Source: Nostoc sp. (GTDB lineage: Bacteria; Cyanobacteriota; Cyanobacteriia; Cyanobacteriales; Nostocaceae). From it: a stretch of 32,000 nt of DNA. Each line of letters starts with the position of its first letter. Position 1 is the stretch's first letter. The DNA lies in contig NZ_JBALDN010000078.1 in assembly GCF_036917375.1 (NCBI RefSeq), forward strand, positions 36,511 through 68,510, read 5' to 3'. The translations under genes and the position numbers were made by a program. Shown here one piece after another: positions 18,090-25,269 of this stretch. Below the pieces are notes generated by a model. That model was given only the letters and a program-made list of their open reading frames with translations, searched no databases and had not been told where the DNA came from.

Positions 18090-18508
18090 CAGTATATTTG
18101 CTCAGTGTGGGACTTTCACTTGAACAGAAATTTTGGGTGGGTAGGATTTTTAGAGATGTGTGTACACCGTAGCTTCTTAAGGACTTCCAAATTAAAAAAT
18201 ATCCAATTAATTCTTGTGGGGTGGGTAACATGATGTTACGTCTCTACAAGGGTTCTGGATAACGCATATTTAATTTCACTCTTATATCTAACTCTTATAT
18301 CTATTAGATAAATGATATAGGCACAATTCATGAATTGTGCCTACAAATTATTTTGGGCAATGCATAATTAATTTCTGGAGATGTCTACTATCGTTTATTA
18401 CTATGTATTAAATATGGCTAATCGGTCAATATATGGGTAATATTATCGACATAATACTCTCTAGAGAGTATAAGAATTTATGATTACTTATAAGGAGTAG
18501 TGTTAAAT

Positions 18509-20392
18509 ATGATTCTCGCTCGTGTGTTTCCTGAGTACCGTAGAGTAGATGTTTTATTTGCAAAGCTGAAGTTTCTGAAATCAGCAAAGCTTTTATTTTT
18601 TAGTTTTTCAGTCTTATCTTTTACTGTAGGGATGGGGGCGGCAAGTATAGTGTTCCTGGTTACAAGCCTGGATAGTGCAATCGCTCAAATTCCATCGACA
18701 CCAAATTCAGCGCCTCTGAATCAGAAAACACCTTCTCAGGCTAATGTGCTATTTGTCAATCCTGGTGTTGGAGATGACAAAGCAGACAATGGCAGCGAAT
18801 CCGCTCCTGTAAAAACGATTACCCAAGCGCTGCGATTAGCTAATGGCAATACTGTAATTATGCTCTCTACGGGCACTTATAGCGCCGAGACAGGAGAGGA
18901 ATTTCCCTTAATACTGAAACCGGGTATTTCAATTCAAGGCAACCCCAGCAATCAAGGTAAAGACATTATCATTCAGGGAGGCGGTGATTACCTGAGTCGG
19001 AGCTTTGGCGGTCAAAACGTCACAATTGTTGGAGCAAACCAAGCCTTGCTGACTGGGGTAACGGTGACGAACCCTAATCGCCGTGGTTACGGTTTATGGA
19101 TTGAATCTAGCAATCCGGTAGTTGCAGAAAATACATTTACTGGTAGTACTCAAGATGGAATTTCCGTTAGTGGTAATGCCACACCTACCATTAGCAAGAA
19201 TTACTTCGATCGCAATGGAGCCAATGGCATCACAATTGCTGGTAATTCTAATCCCCAAGTGAAAGAAAATATCTTTCACCAAACGGGTTTTGGGATTAAT
19301 ATTGCCCAAAATGCTGCTCCTATAGTCATAGGTAATCAAATTCAAAACAATAGATCGGGAATTATTGTACAAGCAAATGCCCGCCCGATTTTGCGGAATA
19401 ATTCTATTCAAGATAATAAAGAAGATGGTTTAGTAGCGATCGCTCAAGCAATGCCAGATTTGGGTAGTGCATCCGAACCTGGGGGTAATACATTTCAAAA
19501 TAATGGCCGCCACGACATTAACGCCAGCGCTGCTAAACAGGTGATTTCTGCTGCTGGTAACAACCTTGTAAGCGATCGCATCATTGGCAAGGTAGATATT
19601 AACGGGACAACAGCACTAGCAACTCCAAATTCTCAACCAGTTCCCAACAACGTATTACGACAAATACCATCAACTGGAGAAATCACCTTCTCGGCTCCTG
19701 AAATCTCTGAAACTACTAATGGGCAAACCAGCAACAGCATTTCAGCAAATAATCCTGTTTCTGGGCAATTAAACAGTCAACTGCTGCCATTAAGGCCAGC
19801 AAATAATGTACCGCCTTCGCCGCCTATATCCAAACAACCACCCACTTCTAAAGTCGCCGGATTTCCTACTCCTAGCAGCTTGTCAGGTAGACAAATACCA
19901 ATTAACGCACAGCCACCTGATACACCACAGTTAAATTACGTGCGGATAGATCCTAATACCGTTGAGTTTACTGCCCCTGAGTCTTCATCCAATTCAGTTG
20001 CACAGCCACCAGTTTCAAGTATGAAGAATCAAACACAGCAGCCATTACCAATACCAGAAACTACTGCCCCAGGTGCTTCAGAACTTTTACCACTTCCCGA
20101 TCGCAATATCCCTATTGTTAATACTCGCAATCTGCAAACAAGTTCTGCAAGTATTCCCTATGGTGGTAACTCTGCAAGACAATTTGGTATACGTTATCGC
20201 GTAGTAGTGCCACTTGCAACCGATCGGGATCGAGATTTAGTAAGATTCCTTGCTCCTGGTGCGTTTCCCACAGTTTGGGAAGGTCAAAAAGTTATGCAAG
20301 CAGGAGTATTTAGCAGTGAATATAACGCTAAAGAAATGCTCAAAACACTCTCTAGCAATGGTTTAAGAGCCATTATGGAGCCGTTGAATTAA
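18509..20392 (+). CDS. Secreted or anchored right-handed parallel beta-helix protein (DUF1565 / pectin-lyase fold) with a Pro-rich linker and a SPOR-like C-terminus
   Basis: The N-terminal TM or signal segment is followed by repeated PbH1-type units (NTFTGSTQDGISVSGNATPTISKNYF.., ANGITIAGNSNPQVKENIF.., GINIAQNAAPIVIGNQI.., SGIIVQANARPILRNNSI). A P/S/Q-rich linker and a ~75-aa alpha/beta tail come next. The start is set at ATG 18509, 11 nt after 'taaggag'; the track start at 18500 is GTG. Confidence 0.75.
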   Translation: MILARVFPEYRRVDVLFAKLKFLKSAKLLFFSFSVLSFTVGMGAASIVFLVTSLDSAIAQIPSTPNSAPLNQKTPSQANVLFVNPGVGDDKADNGSESAPVKTITQALRLANGNTVIMLSTGTYSAETGEEFPLILKPGISIQGNPSNQGKDIIIQGGGDYLSRSFGGQNVTIVGANQALLTGVTVTNPNRRGYGLWIESSNPVVAENTFTGSTQDGISVSGNATPTISKNYFDRNGANGITIAGNSNPQVKENIFHQTGFGINIAQNAAPIVIGNQIQNNRSGIIVQANARPILRNNSIQDNKEDGLVAIAQAMPDLGSASEPGGNTFQNNGRHDINASAAKQVISAAGNNLVSDRIIGKVDINGTTALATPNSQPVPNNVLRQIPSTGEITFSAPEISETTNGQTSNSISANNPVSGQLNSQLLPLRPANNVPPSPPISKQPPTSKVAGFPTPSSLSGRQIPINAQPPDTPQLNYVRIDPNTVEFTAPESSSNSVAQPPVSSMKNQTQQPLPIPETTAPGASELLPLPDRNIPIVNTRNLQTSSASIPYGGNSARQFGIRYRVVVPLATDRDRDLVRFLAPGAFPTVWEGQKVMQAGVFSSEYNAKEMLKTLSSNGLRAIMEPLN

Positions 20393-20393
20393 T

Positions 20394-20420
20394 TGGGCAT
20401 TGGGCATTGGGAATCAAGAC
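20394..20420. repeat. GGGCATT-type heptamer repeats, with a further cluster at 20524-20548
   Basis: 'attgggcattgggcattgggaat' is read directly. It belongs to the same family as 300-312 and 16545-16586. Confidence 0.8.
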
Positions 20421-21029
20421 TTTTCGGGTTTTGGGGGAAAGGGTTTGAATTTACCTTTCCCCCTTTGCCCTTTAACCTTTTCCCAGACCAAAAGAGAAAT
20501 TGTTAGGCTTATCCGAAAAGTATTGCATTGGGAATTAGGCATTGGGCAAAAGGGGTCTTTTTCCTCAATTTTGAATTTTGATGTAAGGGCGATCGCGGGT
20601 CAAAATGAAATCAATTGCTTTAAGAGAGCGATCGCTTTTCTAATGTGGAGAAGGCAATCGCAGTTTAATCAAAGGAGCGATCGCACACCCTTCCCTTATA
20701 TCTGCGCTGATTTGGCGACTTGCGTCTGGATACAGCAGGCTCAGTTTTTTTATTTTCCCAATTACTGAAAAGTGATTGCCCTATTAGACTTGCCCCTTAC
20801 CCCCATTAATCTATGATGGCGGATTATTTTCGATAAGCTCGCTGCGCGAACCGACGAAATGTAAACCGTTCTAGAGATGTGTTCCACCTTATAGCCCAAT
20901 CGTGTAATGCTGGATGACTCAAAAGGCGTAACAATGAGCTAACTACAAATTTTTACCTTAATTGCGAAATTTAGCCTAGAAACCATGTAGTAATAGGTAA
21001 AATAGGATGCCGCGCTTACGAGGTAGCAC

Positions 21030-21452
21030 ATGGAGCCATTAACAGCTGGTGCGATCGCTTTCACAACTTGGGTAGTGGGTAAAATCATTGACTGGTCAAC
21101 AGACAAAACCTTCGATATAGCTTCAGAAAGGCTGATGCAACTCCTGAAGCAGAAATCGCCAGATACAGCCAAAGCCTTAACGTTAGCTAAGGAAAACGCC
21201 GCCTTACCACTAGGCGAACGAGAAGATATTGGTGAAGCTGTTTTGGTAGAAGAAGTGAAAAAGGCAGCAGCCACAAACCCAGAAATTAAAGCAGCAGTAG
21301 AAGCTTTAGGAAATGATATAAATCTTGCTGTAACTGAGAATCCCGAAGTAGAAAAGCGGTTAACAACTGTGATTGAAAATTGGCAAGGGATAAATATTAA
21401 AGGCGGAAAGCCAACTATCAAGAACAACACCCTTAACTTTGGCAGCAAATGA
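21030..21452 (+). CDS. Small helical protein with a hydrophobic N-terminal helix and a C-terminal N/G/K-rich motif shared with the downstream NLR. It is a candidate Bell/HeLo-like membrane-targeting effector.
   Basis: 140 aa. 'MEPLTAGAIAFTTWVVGKIIDW' is hydrophobic. The middle is charged and helical by composition. The C-terminus 'ENWQGINIKGGKPTIKNNTLNFG' repeats the N-terminus of the next gene. 'gagg' lies 7 nt upstream of the ATG, and the stop overlaps the next start (ATGA). Confidence 0.7.
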   Translation: MEPLTAGAIAFTTWVVGKIIDWSTDKTFDIASERLMQLLKQKSPDTAKALTLAKENAALPLGEREDIGEAVLVEEVKKAAATNPEIKAAVEALGNDINLAVTENPEVEKRLTTVIENWQGINIKGGKPTIKNNTLNFGSK

Positions 21453-21526
21453 CTAGCGAAAATTGGCAAGGGATAAATATTAAAGGCGGAAAGCCAACTA
21501 TCAAGGACAATACCTTCATCTTTGAG
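21375..21526 (+). repeat. Direct repeat with an 83-nt offset that encodes the shared motif
   Basis: 21375-21422 and 21458-21505 are 48/48 identical ('gaaaattggcaagggataaatattaaaggcggaaagccaactatcaag'). The next 19 nt match at 14/19. Beyond that, similarity stops. Confidence 0.95.
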
Positions 21527-23983
21527 TCGCCTAAACAAAATTCCCCAAACAATCTTCTATACTCCGGCTCTGCTAACTTTGTTGGTAGAGAGTATGAACT
21601 CAGCCAAGTGAGTGAAAAATTACAAAAACAAGATTTTGTAGCAATTTCTGCTGTGTCTGGTATGGGTGGAGTTGGCAAAACCGAATTAGCACTCAGATAT
21701 GCACGTCAGCATGAAGCTGATTACCCTGGTGGTATTTGCTGGTTAAATGCGAGAGATTCAAATTTAGCTGCTGAAATTGTGCAGTTTGCCCAAATTTACA
21801 TGAAACTGGAAGTACAGCAGCAGGATTTTCGTGGAAGGGCGCTGAGTCTAACTGAACAGGTAGCTTGGTGTTGGCAGCATTGGCAGCCAGCAGAGGGACG
21901 GGTGCTAATTGTACTAGATGATGTGACATCTTTAGAGGGTTGTCGAGATGTTCTACCAAGGGCTAACCGTTTTCGGGTGTTGATGACAACGCGATCACGG
22001 AATCTAGACTCCAATATTGAGGAAATTTCCTTAGATGTACTCTTACCAAAAGAAGCTTTGGAACTATTGACAGTACTCGTGGGTACTAAACGAGTACAAA
22101 AAGAACTCTCAGTAGCTAAACAATTGTGTGAATGGTTGGGATATCTACCTTTAGGGTTGGAGTTGGTTGGGAGGTATTTGGCGAAAAAACCTCCCAACTG
22201 GTCTTTAGCTCGTATGTTGCAACAACTCAAAGAACAACTGCTGGAAAATGTTGCCCTCAAATTGTCGCAACAGCAAACCCTAAGCACTGCACAGCGAGGT
22301 GTTTTAGTAGCATTTGAATTAAGCTGGCTTGAACTTTCTCATACGACGCAGCGTGTTGCCGCATTATTAAGCTTATTTGCAGCAAATATTTTTGCGATTG
22401 AATGGGTAGAGTCTGCAACTGGATTACTCAATTGGACGAGTGATGATGTTAAGACAGCTAACGACCAACTATATGAACTCCATTTGATTCAATGGGTAGA
22501 AGATACAGAAGGTGAGTCTAAAATTAGAATTCATCCCTTAATTCGGGAGTTTTTGAAAGTTAAACTAGATGCTATTGAACAAGCTTTTCAATTCAAGCAG
22601 GCTTTTGCAGAGACTATTGTTGCGATCGCTCAAGATATTCCCTATTCACCAACTCAGGAGTTGATTAGGCGTGTCAAAGATGCTATCCCACATTTAGCAG
22701 AGGTGGCACAAAATCTGACTGATGCAGTCAGTGATGAAAATTTACTTTCGGTATTTGTTGGATTAGATGGATTTTATTCTGGACAGGGATTATATGCGCT
22801 TGCTCAATCTTGGTGTGAGCAGTGTATATCAGTACTACAATTCCGCTTGGGAGAAGACCATCCCGATGTCGCCGACAGTTACAACAACCTGGCAGCACTC
22901 TACGAATCCCAAGGTCGGTACAGCGAGGCAGAGCCACTGTATGAAAGAGCGTTAGAACTATGGCAACGGATCTTCGGAGAAGAGCATTCCTATGTCGCCA
23001 CCAGTTACAACAACCTGGCTCTACTCTACTATCACCAAGGTCGGTACAGCGAGGCAGAGCCACTGTATAAAAGAGCATTAGAACTATGGCAACGGATCTT
23101 CGGAGAAGAGCATCACTCTGTCGCCACCAGTTACAACAACCTGGCTCTACTCTACTCATCCCAAGGGCGGTACAGCGAAGCAGAGCCACTGTATGAAAAA
23201 GCATTAAAACTCCGGCAACATCTGCTGGGAGAAGAGCATCCCTCTGTCGCCACCAGTTACAACAACCTGGCTCTACTCTACTTCTACCAAGGACGGTACA
23301 GCGAAGCAGAGCCACTGTATAAAAAAGCATTAGAACTCCAGCAACGGCTGCTGGGAGAAAAGCATCCCTCTGTCGCCAACAGTTACAACAACCTTGGAGG
23401 ACTCTACAAGAATCAAGGACGGTACAGCGAAGCGGAACTACTGTATAAAAAAGCATTAGAACTCCAGCAACGGCTGCTGGGAGAAGAGCATCCCTCTGTC
23501 GCCACTAGTTACAACAACCTAGCAGCACTCTACGACTCCCAAGGACGGTACAGCGAAGCGGAACTACTGTATAAAAAAGCACTAGAACTCCAGCAACGGC
23601 TGCTGGGAGAAGAGCATCCCGATGTCGCCAACAGTTACAACAACCTTGGAGGACTTTACAAGAACCAAGGACGGTACAGCGAAGCGGAGCCACTGTATAA
23701 AAAAGCATTAGAACTCCGGCAACATCTGCTGGGAGAAGAGCATCCCTCTGTCGCCACTAGTTACAACAACCTGGCTCTACTATACTCATCCCAAGGACAG
23801 TACAGCGAAGCGGAACTACTGTTCCAAAAAGCTTTGCAACTTTATGAGCAACAGTTAGGTGTAGGTCATTCAGAAACAATAATAGCTAGAAAAAATTACG
23901 CAGAGTTTTTGCGTGATTATGCAAATTTTTTAAGGAGCAAACTAAGTGGCAGTAATATTCCACCTTTGAGCCATTACGTGTAA
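21449..23983 (+). CDS. NLR-like STAND NTPase: N-terminal short motif, NB-ARC domain, then about 9 TPR (TPR_10/12-type) repeats
   Basis: NB-ARC signatures appear in order: Walker A 'SGMGGVGKTELA' (nt 21659-21682), Walker B 'RVLIVLDDV', 'RVLMTTRSRN', the GLPL-like 'LGYLPLGLELVG', and the MHD-like 'IRIHPLIREFL'. These are followed by 42-aa repeats 'VA.SYNNLA.LY..QGRYSEAEPLY.KALEL.Q.LLGEEHP'. Confidence 0.9.
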   Translation: MTSENWQGINIKGGKPTIKDNTFIFESPKQNSPNNLLYSGSANFVGREYELSQVSEKLQKQDFVAISAVSGMGGVGKTELALRYARQHEADYPGGICWLNARDSNLAAEIVQFAQIYMKLEVQQQDFRGRALSLTEQVAWCWQHWQPAEGRVLIVLDDVTSLEGCRDVLPRANRFRVLMTTRSRNLDSNIEEISLDVLLPKEALELLTVLVGTKRVQKELSVAKQLCEWLGYLPLGLELVGRYLAKKPPNWSLARMLQQLKEQLLENVALKLSQQQTLSTAQRGVLVAFELSWLELSHTTQRVAALLSLFAANIFAIEWVESATGLLNWTSDDVKTANDQLYELHLIQWVEDTEGESKIRIHPLIREFLKVKLDAIEQAFQFKQAFAETIVAIAQDIPYSPTQELIRRVKDAIPHLAEVAQNLTDAVSDENLLSVFVGLDGFYSGQGLYALAQSWCEQCISVLQFRLGEDHPDVADSYNNLAALYESQGRYSEAEPLYERALELWQRIFGEEHSYVATSYNNLALLYYHQGRYSEAEPLYKRALELWQRIFGEEHHSVATSYNNLALLYSSQGRYSEAEPLYEKALKLRQHLLGEEHPSVATSYNNLALLYFYQGRYSEAEPLYKKALELQQRLLGEKHPSVANSYNNLGGLYKNQGRYSEAELLYKKALELQQRLLGEEHPSVATSYNNLAALYDSQGRYSEAELLYKKALELQQRLLGEEHPDVANSYNNLGGLYKNQGRYSEAEPLYKKALELRQHLLGEEHPSVATSYNNLALLYSSQGQYSEAELLFQKALQLYEQQLGVGHSETIIARKNYAEFLRDYANFLRSKLSGSNIPPLSHYV
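22868..23875 (+). repeat. Eight tandem 126-bp units (42-aa TPR pairs) with very high nucleotide identity inside the NLR gene
   Basis: The 'gtcgcc' unit starts at 22868, 22994, 23120, 23246, 23372, 23498, 23624 and 23750, an exact 126-nt period. A degenerate unit precedes them at 22742-22867. Confidence 0.95.
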
Positions 23984-24174
23984 TGGGGGGCGAAAAGTAT
24001 TATTTTCTCCTGGTTGTGAGCAGCGTCACTAACCTTGAGTATTTTCCCAACTTAGGATCATAAGTTGGGATTTGAGTTCTGACTGGATTAAATAGTTGAA
24101 TTATATTTATGATACTTTTGAGCGCGATCGCCTTCGCCGTAAATCGGGTTAAGGCAAAAAAACTCATCATCTAA

Positions 24175-24410
24175 TACCTCAAAACGACTTTCAGGTACCT
24201 CAAAACGACTTTGAAGTACCTCAACACGACTTTGAAGTACCTCAAAACGACTTTGGAGTACCTCAACACGACTTTGAAGTACCTCAAAACGACTTTCAGG
24301 TACCTCAAAACGACTTTTAAGTACCTCAAAACGACTTTGAAGTACCTCGAAACGACTTTCAGGTACCTCAAAACGACTTTTAAGTACCTCAAAACGACTT
24401 TCAGGTACCT
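24175..24410. repeat. 21-bp tandem repeat, 11 full copies plus a partial copy (consensus TACCTCAAAACGACTTTSARG)
   Basis: Units start at 24175, 24196, 24217, 24238, 24259, 24280, 24301, 24322, 24343, 24364 and 24385, with the partial copy at 24406-24410. Variation is confined to unit positions 7 and 9 and the last 4 nt (cagg/gaag/ggag/taag). Confidence 0.95.
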
Positions 24411-24593
24411 GTTGCTTACTTTAATGTTATTTTTTTTGACAAATTTAATAAAAACCTCAGTACAATCAACTAAAAATAATTAGGTCGCTCTTAGTTTGCT
24501 TTAATTTTTCCGAATTATCTCTCAGAGAAGTTTATTGTTGCATTGGCTAGAGTACATGCAGTAATCCTATAACCTCCTTCAGGAGCGCATTTT

Positions 24594-25007
24594 ATGGCAC
24601 GACTAAAACGCAGTTCACCCACTCTCGAAAACGCTCTCCGTCGAATTGCAGGAATGCGATCGATTAGCCCAACGCTAGAATTTGGCAACGGATTAAATTT
24701 GACAGACTACGACAGCCGCATCCAAACCTTGCAAACCCAGCTATCTACATACAACACTTTACTCTCTACTCTAGATGAAATGGCAGGTCGTCTCTCTCTA
24801 ATTGAAGAAGAATTGCGCGGCTACTCTGAAAAGATGTTAATGAGTGTGGCAACCCATTATGGCAAAGACAGTTTGCAATATATCCAGGCGGGAGGCAAGC
24901 CACGCAAGAAATTATCACGCCGTTCGAGCAACACCCAATCCCCATCTGAGAGTACAGCTACAACCTTGAATGGTGCAAACAATGGTAAAAGAACCTCTAT
25001 TGTTTGA
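24594..25007 (+). CDS. Hypothetical protein with a predicted coiled-coil centre and a basic, Ser-rich tail
   Basis: 137-aa ORF with an ATG start. No family recognised. The composition is coding-like and no competing ORF is present. Confidence 0.5.
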   Translation: MARLKRSSPTLENALRRIAGMRSISPTLEFGNGLNLTDYDSRIQTLQTQLSTYNTLLSTLDEMAGRLSLIEEELRGYSEKMLMSVATHYGKDSLQYIQAGGKPRKKLSRRSSNTQSPSESTATTLNGANNGKRTSIV

Positions 25008-25218
25008 TTTTAATTATTTAACTGCATCATGCTAATGAATCCTTAATTACGAATTACGTAGCTTGCTTCTCGCCTTTAGTGAGTATTACTAATTACGAAT
25101 TACTAATTATTCGATCGCTGGCTCTGCGTCGGAAAACGCCACCTGATACTCCTTATACCAATTTGAAAAAAATGCGACAGATACATAGGGACATACGTTT
25201 GTTCTGTCTAGCTTACCT

Positions 25219-25250
25219 AATTTTGAATTTTGAATTTTGAATTTTGAATT
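25219..25250. repeat. AATTTTG heptamer x4.5 (STRR-like)
   Basis: 'aattttgaattttgaattttgaattttgaatt' is read directly. Shorter copies occur at 20569-20582 and 29821-29832. Confidence 0.85.
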
Positions 25251-25269
25251 GGTATTATTTCCCTACTGC

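Noticed and set aside
20400-20768. 122-aa plus-strand ORF after the beta-helix gene
   Set aside because: It begins inside the GGGCATT heptamer repeat and runs through the GGGGAAAGG hairpin repeat and three HIP1 sites. That is intergenic repeat content, not coding-like sequence.
20939-21678. 199-aa and 81-aa minus-strand ORFs opposite the effector gene and the NLR start
   Set aside because: They are antisense to ORFs that have a coherent motif structure, an RBS and start-stop coupling. Their translations are low-complexity and F/S-rich with no recognisable features.
22728-23708. Long antisense ORFs (242 aa and 67 aa, minus strand) with repetitive Cys/Arg-rich translations
   Set aside because: They lie entirely inside the 126-bp TPR repeat array of the NLR gene. 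Their openness is a by-product of the repeat period, and the sense strand carries clear NB-ARC/TPR signatures.
24171-24483. ORFs on both strands across the 21-bp array (heptad peptides VVLRYLK and LKYLKTT), and the possibility that the array is a CRISPR
   Set aside because: A 21-nt period keeps frames open by construction. There is no ATG (the plus ORF starts with TTG) and no RBS. It is not a CRISPR because the units abut with no spacers and are far shorter than CRISPR repeats.
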